A model generated the notes under the pieces. That model was given only the letters and a program-made list of their open reading frames with translations. It was not told the DNA's origin and made no database searches. A stretch of DNA of 26,330 nt from positions 13,835-40,164 of the forward strand of contig DBHX01000022.1 of assembly GCA_002296285.1 (NCBI GenBank). The letters are read 5' to 3'. Numbering within the stretch: position 1 is the first letter of the stretch; every line of letters starts with the position of its first letter. The DNA is from a bacterium UBP8_UBA817 (lineage in GTDB: Bacteria > Margulisbacteria > Marinamargulisbacteria > UBA817). Below, piece by piece: positions 1 through 8,215 of the stretch. The position numbers were made by a program, and so were the translations under genes.

Positions 1-762
1 GATGATGCTCATATTTTTTGTACCGAAGACCAAGTTCAGAGCGAGGTTCTATCTGCGCTAGATTTTAGCTTGGGCATGTTAAACACATTTGGTTTTAGTG
101 AGTATAAAATATTTCTCTCAACAAGACCTGAAGAAAAATACGTTGGCGATGAAAACGAATGGAAAGTTGCTGAAGAGGCGTTAAGACAGGCATTAATATT
201 AAAAGGAATCAAATTTGATATTGACGAAGGTGGCGGTGCATTTTACGGCCCTAAAATAGACATTAAAATTAAAGATTCAATTGGACGAGAGTGGCAATGT
301 TCAACAATTCAATTTGATTTTAATTTACCAACTAAGTTTAATATTTCTTATATTAACTCTTCCGGTGAGAAACAACGGCCGTACATGATCCACCGTGCGC
401 TTCTTGGGTCAATAGAGCGGTTTTTTGGAATTTTAATTGAGCACTATGCTGGAAAATTCCCAACCTGGTTAGCTCCAATTCAATGTCGAATAATCGCTCT
501 AACAAAAGATGCAGATGATTTTTTAACAGAAATAAAAGAGTCTTTAAAAGCGGCATCAATTCGATTTGATTTTGATGATTCATCTGAAAAACTAGGGTAT
601 AAAATTAGAAAAGCTCAAATCGAAAAAATACCATTAGTAGCGATTATCGGAGAAAAAGAATTGCAAGAAAAAAAATTAACGATTCGCTGTCGAGATTCAA
701 AAAATCAACCGATACTTACATTAACTGATTTAATACAACAAATAAAAGAAAATAAAATTTAG
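1..762 (+). CDS. thrS: Threonyl-tRNA synthetase, C-terminal portion. The gene starts upstream of the window. Stop codon TAG at 760-762.
   Basis: Frame 1 is open from base 1 (DDAHIFCTEDQV...) and continues into the class II aaRS/anticodon-binding region (RPYMIHRALLGSIERF, IPLVAIIGEKE). It is followed by infC-rpmI-rplT, as in the conserved operon. Confidence 0.9.
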   Translation, partial: DDAHIFCTEDQVQSEVLSALDFSLGMLNTFGFSEYKIFLSTRPEEKYVGDENEWKVAEEALRQALILKGIKFDIDEGGGAFYGPKIDIKIKDSIGREWQCSTIQFDFNLPTKFNISYINSSGEKQRPYMIHRALLGSIERFFGILIEHYAGKFPTWLAPIQCRIIALTKDADDFLTEIKESLKAASIRFDFDDSSEKLGYKIRKAQIEKIPLVAIIGEKELQEKKLTIRCRDSKNQPILTLTDLIQQIKENKI

Positions 763-772
763 GAGGATTCCA

Positions 773-1276
773 ATTAAAAAATACATTAAGAACGAAAGAA
801 TAAAGGCCAAAGAAGTTAGGATTATTGGTGCTGATGGATCACAGGTTGGTGTTTTACCAATAAAAGAAGCCATTGATATGGCCCAGGGGCAAGGATTAGA
901 TTTATTACTAATATCAGAACAAGCAACACCGCCAGTCTGTAAGATTGTGGATTTTGGTCAATTCAGATATCAACAACAAAAAAAAGAAAAAAAAGCCAAG
1001 AAAAATACTAAGGCACAGGTTATTAAAGAATTAAAATTAACACCAAAAATATCTGACCATGATTACAACGTTCGTTTGAAAAATGGAATCAAGTTTCTCC
1101 AGAAAGGTTACTTAATTAAAATTGCTGTTTTCTTTAAAGGGCGAGAGATGACACACCCTGAAATAGGAAAAGACTTGTTAAATCGCTATAAAGAAGATAT
1201 AAAAGAGTATGGTGATGTATCAACAACATTGACACATGGGCACCGTACATTATACTTTGTTATAAATCCGAAGTAG
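773..1276 (+). CDS. infC: Translation initiation factor IF-3. The likely start is the non-canonical ATT at 773, with the AGGAGG Shine-Dalgarno at 761-766. The ORF track shows only the internal ATG at 878.
   Basis: The in-frame upstream translation ...KKYIKNERIKAKEVRIIGADGSQVGVLPIKEAIDMAQGQGLDLLLISEQATPPVCKIVDFGQF aligns with the IF3 N-domain of E. coli ([20 protein letters not shown]...PPVCRIMDYGKF). An AUU start 6 nt after a perfect SD is the classical IF3 autoregulatory arrangement. The thrS stop overlaps the SD. Confidence 0.8.
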   Translation: MKKYIKNERIKAKEVRIIGADGSQVGVLPIKEAIDMAQGQGLDLLLISEQATPPVCKIVDFGQFRYQQQKKEKKAKKNTKAQVIKELKLTPKISDHDYNVRLKNGIKFLQKGYLIKIAVFFKGREMTHPEIGKDLLNRYKEDIKEYGDVSTTLTHGHRTLYFVINPK

Positions 1277-1292
1277 TTAGGATGTATTAATT

Positions 1293-1496
1293 ATGAAAAA
1301 ATTTAAACAAAAAACAAATAGTTCAGCAAAGAAACGATTCAAAATCACCGGTACTGGCAAAATTATGCGAAGAAAATCTGGCATGCGTCATTTATTATCT
1401 CATCGTTCAGCTCGTACAAAAGTTCCTAAACGAGGCGACTTTGAAATTTCATCGTCTGATAGAGACAAGTTGTCGGTTCTTATACCAGGACTATAG
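1293..1496 (+). CDS. rpmI: 50S ribosomal protein L35 (bL35)
   Basis: 67-aa basic protein containing SAKKRFKITGTGKIMRRKSG, in the expected position between infC and rplT. Confidence 0.9.
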   Translation: MKKFKQKTNSSAKKRFKITGTGKIMRRKSGMRHLLSHRSARTKVPKRGDFEISSSDRDKLSVLIPGL

Positions 1497-1511
1497 ATTT
1501 AAGGAGATAAC

Positions 1512-1859
1512 ATGGCACGAGTAAAAAGAGGAAATGTTGCAAGAAATCGCAGAAAAAAGGTTTTAAAGCTTGCCAAAGGATTTAGAGCATCCTTATCAGT
1601 TATTTATCGTCAAGCAAAACCGGCTGTTTTTAGAGCATTATCGTACCAATATAGAGATCGTCGACGACGTAAGCGTGATTTTAGAAAATTATGGATTGCA
1701 CGAATCAATGGCGCATTATTTAATACCCCGTTGAACTATTCAAGATTTATGCAATTGGTATCGAAAAAGAATATAAGACTTAATCGTAAAATGATCAGTG
1801 AAATTTCAATTCAGTCCCCTGAATCATTTGATGACCTGGTTAAATTAGTACAATCATAA
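1512..1859 (+). CDS. rplT: 50S ribosomal protein L20 (bL20)
   Basis: 115 aa, MARVKRGNVARNRRKKVLKLAKGF..., the typical L20 N-terminus. Preceded by SD aaggagataac 16 nt after rpmI. Confidence 0.95.
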   Translation: MARVKRGNVARNRRKKVLKLAKGFRASLSVIYRQAKPAVFRALSYQYRDRRRRKRDFRKLWIARINGALFNTPLNYSRFMQLVSKKNIRLNRKMISEISIQSPESFDDLVKLVQS

Positions 1860-1869
1860 AGGAGTTCGA

Positions 1870-2364
1870 ATGATTGAAATGCATCTGGGAGGGTTGGGAT
1901 TTGATCCAAAAAATATGTCCCCAATTGTTTTATTAAGGGACACAGAGGAACGAAACTTTTTACCCATCTGGATCGGAATGTTTGAGGCTGCAGCAATTGC
2001 AATGGAGCTTCAAGATTTCAAGCCACCTCGCCCAATGACACATGATTTATTGATTAAATTTTCAGATAGTCTGGGTGCAACTGTTGATCGAATTGTCATT
2101 AACGAAATAAATGATAACACGTTTTTTGCCGTTATTGATTTATTAAAAAAGGACAACGATGAAAAAATTCGAATTGATTCACGTCCTTCGGATGCAATTG
2201 CGGTTGCGGTAAGAACAAAAGCATCAATTTTCGTCTCTGAGTCAGTCATGATGAAAGCCAAGATGGTGAATGCAGAAAAAGATGAAAAAGAAACCAAAAA
2301 ATTCAATAGCTTTATTGATAATATAAAACCTGAAGATTTTTCAAGTTACTTTGATTCTAGATAA
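1870..2364 (+). CDS. Bifunctional nuclease (BFN/DUF151) domain protein
   Basis: PIVLLRDTEERNFLPIWIGMFEAAAIAMELQDFKPPRPMTHDLL matches the conserved core of the DUF151 bifunctional DNase/RNase family. SD aaaggag sits 6 nt upstream. The gene is 10 nt after rplT and probably co-transcribed with it. Confidence 0.7.
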   Translation: MIEMHLGGLGFDPKNMSPIVLLRDTEERNFLPIWIGMFEAAAIAMELQDFKPPRPMTHDLLIKFSDSLGATVDRIVINEINDNTFFAVIDLLKKDNDEKIRIDSRPSDAIAVAVRTKASIFVSESVMMKAKMVNAEKDEKETKKFNSFIDNIKPEDFSSYFDSR

Positions 2365-2600
2365 CAAGATTTAATAATTATTTGAATATAAATATATTCT
2401 ACTTAGGCTTTATTAATTATGAACTTCACTCATCCTAACAAAACTTGAAAAGGTATGGAAACACTTCTTATGTATTTCTTATGGATGCTGCATAATATAG
2501 AAAACATTAGACAGTCAGGATAAATTCCAAATTGGTTAAGCAACATGAATCATTGAATCAAATTGCCCAAAAAATACACCATTGATTAGTGAATAAACGC

Positions 2601-3881
2601 CTATAGGGCGGTTAAATAATCACACAATGCACGAATGCCTCCAAGAACGGATGGTGCATGTGTCTCAAAAAACTCATGATTTAGTTCAGCGCCATTTTGA
2701 TACTCGGATATCGCTAATGTTCCATTAAAATCAACATAGCACATTCTTGAATAGAAATGAGTTTCATCAAATCCAAAAGCGGATGCTGGTAACATAGCAA
2801 CACCTTTTTTATTTAATAATTCAACACATAGTTTTTCTGCCGTATCAATCCCTTTATTCAATAGTTTAGTTTTGTAATTACTAAAATCAGGAAAAATATA
2901 AAAGCCTCCATTTGGCGCATGGATTTTAACATTGGCTTCCTTTAATTCATTTACAATGAGTTGTGATAACCCTTTTAAAATTTTTCTTTGGGCATCAATG
3001 AAAGGCAGTAATTGATCCATATTGTTGTAAATATCTCTTGCTGCAAATTGAACAGGGGCTGCTGTGGTAGAGTATGTTTCGGATGCAATGCCATTGTATG
3101 TAATTTTAAATTCTTTTGAGGCATTCAATGGAAAAATACCTGTGCCAAAACGCCACCCACCAGCGCCACACCATTTGGATAAACCAGTGGTTATGAATGT
3201 CCCTTCAGGATAAAATTGTGCAATAGATACATGTTGATTATCATGGTTTAACCATGCATAAATTTCATCAGATATGATGAGGATGTTATATTTTCTAGCG
3301 ACATCAGCAATATGTTTTAATTCGTCACTGGTGTATGTCATGCCGGTGGGGTTTCCTGGATAATTTAAAACTAAAATCAATGGAGAATTTGTTTCTATAT
3401 TTTGTGATACGTTTTCCAAAGTTTCTGGACTAATTTTCCATTCAGCATCAAAATTTGTTGGAATTAACTGTACGTTATGATTCAAAAGCTTTGCTTGTGG
3501 CGCATACGACACCCAAGATGGCTGTGGTAAGAAAACCGTTGCATTTTTATAGCAAGCCATAACGGCATAAATGATCATTTTTGAGCCAGGTGCAATGACA
3601 ACATCATCACTGGATATGCATTCTCTGTATCCTGAATGAGCTTTCGCAACAGCTTCACGACATGCTTTGTGTCCAGCAACGGGTAAATAGTCGTGTTCAC
3701 TTGCATGTTGTTTTAAGGACTTAATCGCCATTTCGGGGGGGGAAAATGGGGATTGCCCAAATCCAAATTTATAGATGCGATGATTGGAGTCATGAAGCTT
3801 ATCTTGTGCCTCATTAATTAGTAATGTTTCTGAGTGGCTTATCTCCCGAAGGTCTGTATCATTTATTTGAAATGTTGTCAT
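2601..3881 (-). CDS. PLP-dependent aminotransferase, class I/II fold (aspartate/aromatic aminotransferase-like). The ORF is open to a TTG at 3959. I chose the ATG at 3881 (MTTFQIND...) to leave a divergent promoter spacer.
   Basis: Contains a PLP-lysine motif, TTGLSKWCGAGGWRFG, of the AAT-like family, plus NYPGNPTG and the general length and architecture of class I aminotransferases. The start choice is uncertain: alternatives are 3914, 3923 and 3959. Confidence 0.75.
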   Translation of the reverse strand: MTTFQINDTDLREISHSETLLINEAQDKLHDSNHRIYKFGFGQSPFSPPEMAIKSLKQHASEHDYLPVAGHKACREAVAKAHSGYRECISSDDVVIAPGSKMIIYAVMACYKNATVFLPQPSWVSYAPQAKLLNHNVQLIPTNFDAEWKISPETLENVSQNIETNSPLILVLNYPGNPTGMTYTSDELKHIADVARKYNILIISDEIYAWLNHDNQHVSIAQFYPEGTFITTGLSKWCGAGGWRFGTGIFPLNASKEFKITYNGIASETYSTTAAPVQFAARDIYNNMDQLLPFIDAQRKILKGLSQLIVNELKEANVKIHAPNGGFYIFPDFSNYKTKLLNKGIDTAEKLCVELLNKKGVAMLPASAFGFDETHFYSRMCYVDFNGTLAISEYQNGAELNHEFFETHAPSVLGGIRALCDYLTAL

Positions 3882-3941
3882 AATAACTTTATTATATACT
3901 TCAAAGGGAATCATAACAATCATATTTAAAAGGACAAAAAA

Positions 3942-5141
3942 ATGAAATTTAACTTGCAAACAAACATATTAATTTCAGTTATTTTGGGTGTAATGGCTGG
4001 ATTTTTTGCAGATGAGTTTATAAATATTTACATGTTTTTAGGAAAAGGATTTATTACCCTGCTTAAATACATTGTGGTTCCATTGGTGTTTGCCTCATTG
4101 ATATCGGGAGTTATCAGTTTAGGTAATCTTAACTCTCTCCAAAGAATGGGATTTAAAACATTGGCATATTTTATTATGACCACGGCGATTGCATCAACCA
4201 TTGGTATTTTATTGGCTGTAATTATTAATCCTGGTAAGGGCTTTATACTCGCTCAAACAGAAGGCTCAGTTTTTACAAGCGCAATGAGTTTTAAGGAAAT
4301 GTTTGCCCAAATCATTCCCACCAATTTTATTGGTTTTATTTCAGGGGACAACATGCTCTTTCTCATTATCTTATCAATTTTTATCGGAATCTTAATTGTT
4401 GCTTTTGGTCGAAATATCGCATTTCCAATTGATGAACTCTTTGAAGGATTTAATGAATTTATGATGATTATTACGGGTTGGGTCATTGCGATATCACCAA
4501 TTGGTATATTTGGATTGGTTGCTCAATTAATCATTACAACTGGGTTTGCCGCCTTTGTGCCATTGTTAAAATACATGTTGGTTGTCACTGTGGGATTGGC
4601 TATTCATGCGTTTGGTGTCATTCCTTTAATTATAAAGACGATTGTAAAATGTTCACCGTTTTCAGTTGCAAAGGAAGTATTTACGTCATTAGCCACAGGG
4701 TTTACAACAGCTAGTTCTGCAGCAACATTGCCCATCTTATTGGAGGATACAAGAAAGAAATTAAAAGTTCCAAACAAAGTTGCAAGTTTCGTCCTTCCCT
4801 TAGGCATTACCATCAATATGGATGGAACCGCTTTATTTCAATCCGTGGCAGCTGTATTTATTGCTCAAATATATGGTGTGCAACTATCCATCACAAGCTT
4901 ATGCTTAATAATAATTATTGCAATCTTATCATCTATAGGTGCTGCAGCCGTTCCTAGTGCTGGTATTATTACCTTAGCAATGATATTAACCGCCATAGGG
5001 GTGCCGATTGAAGGCACGGCAATCATTTTGGGGATTGATCGCATATTAGATATGTTAAGAACAACCGTTAATTTGTGGGGGAATACATCAGCTACGTTAG
5101 TCATTACAAAATGGTTGGGGGAGAAAGCTTATGATAAATAA
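3942..5141 (+). CDS. Dicarboxylate/amino acid:cation (Na+/H+) symporter, DAACS family (GltP/SstT-like)
   Basis: 399-aa polytopic membrane protein with characteristic DAACS segments (SSAATLPI, NMDGTALFQSVAAVFIAQ, AAVPSAGIITLAMILTAIGVPIEGTAIILGIDRILDMLRTTVNLWGN). Confidence 0.85.
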   Translation: MKFNLQTNILISVILGVMAGFFADEFINIYMFLGKGFITLLKYIVVPLVFASLISGVISLGNLNSLQRMGFKTLAYFIMTTAIASTIGILLAVIINPGKGFILAQTEGSVFTSAMSFKEMFAQIIPTNFIGFISGDNMLFLIILSIFIGILIVAFGRNIAFPIDELFEGFNEFMMIITGWVIAISPIGIFGLVAQLIITTGFAAFVPLLKYMLVVTVGLAIHAFGVIPLIIKTIVKCSPFSVAKEVFTSLATGFTTASSAATLPILLEDTRKKLKVPNKVASFVLPLGITINMDGTALFQSVAAVFIAQIYGVQLSITSLCLIIIIAILSSIGAAAVPSAGIITLAMILTAIGVPIEGTAIILGIDRILDMLRTTVNLWGNTSATLVITKWLGEKAYDK

Positions 5142-7074
5142 GCTTTGGGAACCAACAAAAGATGATATTGCTGAGTCACATCTTACAAAATTTATTCATC
5201 ATATTAATAGTACATATCATCTAAATCTTGAAACATTTGATGCTATTCATTCTTGGTCCGTCCAAAATCCTGAACTTTTTTGGGGAGAAAGTGCAAAATT
5301 CTTAAATATAAAGTTTAATTCAACACCACATAAAATTGTAGATGATCCAAAACTCATGCCGGGCGCCACATGGTTTGAAGGTGCGACGTTGAATTATGCT
5401 GAAAATTGTCTTCGGCACCGATCGAATGATCTTGCAATTTACGAAATTGACGAATATGGTTTAACAAATACAGTAACTTGGGAAGAGCTGTATCAATTGG
5501 TCTCAAGGTGGCATCAGTTTTTTATTAAAAAGGGAATTAAAAAAGGGGATCGAATTGCAGGAATTCTTCCAAATAATTTAGTTGCACTAGCTGCAATGCT
5601 AGGCGCAACATCGATTGGTGCCGTATGGAGCTCTTGTTCCCCAGATTTTGGAGAACAGGGCATATGTGATCGTTTGGAGCAAGTCAATCCAAAATGCATC
5701 ATTTCGATATCAACATATAGTTATAAAGGCAAAGACATATTGATTACTGACCGATTAAATCAAATTCGTGAGAGCCTAACAAATACGTCCATATGGGTGA
5801 ATGCCAGCAATGACTCAATTGACGGATGGATGAATTGTTCAGAAATCGATGCATATCAACCAACCGATATTAATTTTGTTCCCTGTGAATTTCACGATCC
5901 ATTGTTTATTTTGTTTTCTTCAGGAACAACGGGAAAGCCCAAATGCATTGTTCACGGTGTTGGTGGCACATTATTACAACATATGAAAGAACATCAATTT
6001 CATGGAAATATGAAAGAAGGGGACACGCTATTCTACTATACAACCTGTGGTTGGATGATGTGGAATTGGATGGTATCAGCATTGGCAAGCAATGTGTCGT
6101 TGGTATTATTTGATGGCGCAGCAATCACAAATAGCTTTTCAATTTGGGATTTAATTGAACAGTATGAAATTAATATTTTTGGATGCAGTGCTTCGTTTAT
6201 TGGAGCATCTCAAAAGAGGAAAATAGATATTACTCAAAAATTATCCGGTAATACCACTCGCTTAATTTTATCGACAGGGTCACCATTACTTCCGCATCAT
6301 TACGATTATTTGTACTCTAATTTTGAATACCCTATTCAAGTTGGATCTATTTCTGGTGGTACAGACATTATTTCATGCTTTGCTTTGTGCAATCCAATAA
6401 CACCGGTATATCGTGGATTATTGCAAGGCAAGGGCTTAGGAATGGATATTGCTGCATTTGATTCAAATAAACAGGAATTGATTGGTGTGAAAGGAGATTT
6501 AGTCTGCAAAACATCCGCACCGTGCATGCCCATTTATTTTTTAAATGATCCGAATAACGAACGTTATAAGACGGCGTATTTTAGCGGCGGAAAATCCAAT
6601 GAATGGATTCATGGTGACTACGTCGTCGTTCATGAAAATGGTGCCGTTGAAATATTGGGCCGCAGTGATTCCACATTAAATCCTGGCGGAATTCGAATTG
6701 GAACGGCTGAGTTTTATCAAATATTGGATCATTTTGATGGTATTGTAGACTCTTTAGTGAGTTCAGTTGTTTTAGATAACGAAGAAAAAATTGTTTTATT
6801 TTTAAAATTAAATAATGGCCAATCATTAACGCCAGAAATTAAAAAAGAAGTTCGATCGCAATTAAAAGAAAAAGCTTCCCCAAGGCATATGCCTCAGATG
6901 ATCGTCCAAGTATCACAGATTCCTTACACTAAAAATGGAAAAAAATGCGAAGTAAATGTTAAAAGAATCCTACGAGGGGAACAATTTGTTGTTCAAGAGT
7001 CGACATTAATGAGTGAAAATTCATTTGATGAATATTTTTCTTTTGCTAAGCAAGTAATTGACTTGAGATCCTAA
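5131..7074 (+). CDS. aacS: Acetoacetyl-CoA synthetase (acetoacetate-CoA ligase), ANL adenylating superfamily
   Basis: The N-terminus KLWEPTKDDIAESHLTKF...FDAIHSWSVQNPELFWGE is typical of AacS. AMP-binding motif FSSGTTGKPKCIVH. The ~650 aa length fits AacS rather than Acs. It overlaps the symporter stop by 11 nt (operon). Confidence 0.8.
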   Translation: MINKLWEPTKDDIAESHLTKFIHHINSTYHLNLETFDAIHSWSVQNPELFWGESAKFLNIKFNSTPHKIVDDPKLMPGATWFEGATLNYAENCLRHRSNDLAIYEIDEYGLTNTVTWEELYQLVSRWHQFFIKKGIKKGDRIAGILPNNLVALAAMLGATSIGAVWSSCSPDFGEQGICDRLEQVNPKCIISISTYSYKGKDILITDRLNQIRESLTNTSIWVNASNDSIDGWMNCSEIDAYQPTDINFVPCEFHDPLFILFSSGTTGKPKCIVHGVGGTLLQHMKEHQFHGNMKEGDTLFYYTTCGWMMWNWMVSALASNVSLVLFDGAAITNSFSIWDLIEQYEINIFGCSASFIGASQKRKIDITQKLSGNTTRLILSTGSPLLPHHYDYLYSNFEYPIQVGSISGGTDIISCFALCNPITPVYRGLLQGKGLGMDIAAFDSNKQELIGVKGDLVCKTSAPCMPIYFLNDPNNERYKTAYFSGGKSNEWIHGDYVVVHENGAVEILGRSDSTLNPGGIRIGTAEFYQILDHFDGIVDSLVSSVVLDNEEKIVLFLKLNNGQSLTPEIKKEVRSQLKEKASPRHMPQMIVQVSQIPYTKNGKKCEVNVKRILRGEQFVVQESTLMSENSFDEYFSFAKQVIDLRS

Positions 7075-7477
7075 ATGGTTGTCGATTTTCTTGATCAATT
7101 TGAAAGACGTAGTTCCATATGTTTTTTTGAGGGAACAACGTTAACTTTTCCATGAGTACATGATAACTAAGGTTATTCCATTCAATGACGCCATTAATTC
7201 CTTTATGCATATTAGGAAAATCTGAAATAATATAAATAGGCGTTAGAACATTTTGCCGTCGAATATATCGAATCACTCGATAATTAGTTGAATGATCGGA
7301 TAACAAGACAATGGATTGATTAAAAAATGGCGTATCATGAATAGCCCGAATATTAATATGTCGAATATTTTGATGATTAAACAATGGGTGTTGAAGCAAC
7401 AGAGCATCATTTAAAAATGAAAAAACATTAATTTTCATAAAATTAATTATAGTAAAAAACAGTAAAATTTCAACCAT
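7046..7477 (-). CDS. Hypothetical protein (143 aa), no recognisable family
   Basis: Long ORF in a very AT-rich stretch. Its 3' end overlaps aacS convergently by 29 nt. I recognise no motifs. Coding status rests on ORF length only. Confidence 0.4.
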   Translation of the reverse strand: MVEILLFFTIINFMKINVFSFLNDALLLQHPLFNHQNIRHINIRAIHDTPFFNQSIVLLSDHSTNYRVIRYIRRQNVLTPIYIISDFPNMHKGINGVIEWNNLSYHVLMEKLTLFPQKNIWNYVFQIDQENRQPFRISSQLLA

Positions 7478-7516
7478 GCTGCCAATTCGTTGTTGTTGTT
7501 AAATGTTTCGATTATT

Positions 7517-8170
7517 ATGAAAAAAATGAAGTTGTTTATTTTTTATGCAATATTTTTCTCTGGGATTATTTTTCCAAGTTCAGAGCTTACACCATTGTTA
7601 GAGTACCGGCATCATGCAAATCCTCGATCATTTAATTTTATTGTATTCATTAACCAGCTTCACAGTTCAGTTGGGGATCAAAATGTGTTGAATCGATTGC
7701 TCAGAAAAAGTAATTATGAGTTAATTAATCAAAATTTCGATAGGGTCTCTGGAGAGCTTTACAATAAAGGGTATCAATTAATCATTGTTACTTTTCTAAA
7801 TCGGAACGAATTATTTCACCCCATGTTTAATAATCAGCACATGACAATTCAATACCCATTAAGACTAAATAAATACAAATTAAATTCAGAAAGAAAAATT
7901 ATATCCAATGCATTTTCATTATTGGATGAATTTATTGCCTATGAAGTTCATCGAAGGCCGTTATGCATTGTATTTCACATGCCACCCAAAAGTTTGTATA
8001 GCTTGGAACAAAAGCTGGCTCATGATCAAACAAGTTTTAAATCTAGACGAGATTTTTCGTTGGTCAATTTATACCATGAATTGCACAGACGAAGGTATTT
8101 GTATCCAAATAAATTGTTAATATACCCAAACTTTTTATCGCATACTGGGATATTGGTAAATAATAAATAA
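7517..8170 (+). CDS. Hypothetical secreted protein with an N-terminal signal peptide. Start placed at the MKKMKLF ATG; the ORF is open from 7490.
   Basis: MKKMKLFIFYAIFFSGIIFPSSE is a typical Sec signal (basic n-region, hydrophobic core). The rest has no family I recognise. Confidence 0.45.
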   Translation: MKKMKLFIFYAIFFSGIIFPSSELTPLLEYRHHANPRSFNFIVFINQLHSSVGDQNVLNRLLRKSNYELINQNFDRVSGELYNKGYQLIIVTFLNRNELFHPMFNNQHMTIQYPLRLNKYKLNSERKIISNAFSLLDEFIAYEVHRRPLCIVFHMPPKSLYSLEQKLAHDQTSFKSRRDFSLVNLYHELHRRRYLYPNKLLIYPNFLSHTGILVNNK

Positions 8171-8173
8171 AGG

Positions 8174-8189
8174 CTTTATGTAGACATAA
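8174..8189. promoter_or_regulatory. Perfect 7-bp inverted repeat TTTATGT-AG-ACATAAA, immediately after the stop of the 7517-8170 ORF and about 15 nt upstream of a TATAAT (8204-8209) before purC. Either a weak terminator or an operator.
   Basis: Seen directly in the sequence: ggcTTTATGTagACATAAAaaatttcctcttttataatt. Confidence 0.3.
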
Positions 8190-8215
8190 AAAATTTCCTC
8201 TTTTATAATTAATCC

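Noticed and set aside
2010-2306. 98-aa minus-strand ORF antisense to the BFN gene, and similar antisense ORFs elsewhere (353-583, 5514-5702, 5906-6124, 6336-6826, 12760-13035, 13579-13815, 15471-15719, 21037-21321, 23704-24029, 25268-25608)
   Set aside because: All are embedded antisense or out of frame within well-supported genes. They are typical of AT-rich DNA with few stop codons in some frames.
2598-2610. Palindrome CGCCTATAGGGCG at the aminotransferase stop
   Set aside because: A short stem whose loop contains the stop codon. No adjacent U-tract on the minus strand, and I saw no other copy in the window, so it is not a repeat family. Probably a weak or incidental hairpin.
4478-4714. 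78-aa cysteine-rich plus-strand ORF (MGHCDITNWYIWIGC...)
   Set aside because: It lies entirely inside the DAACS symporter gene in another frame. The Cys/Trp richness comes from TG-rich codons of the membrane protein. No independent start context.
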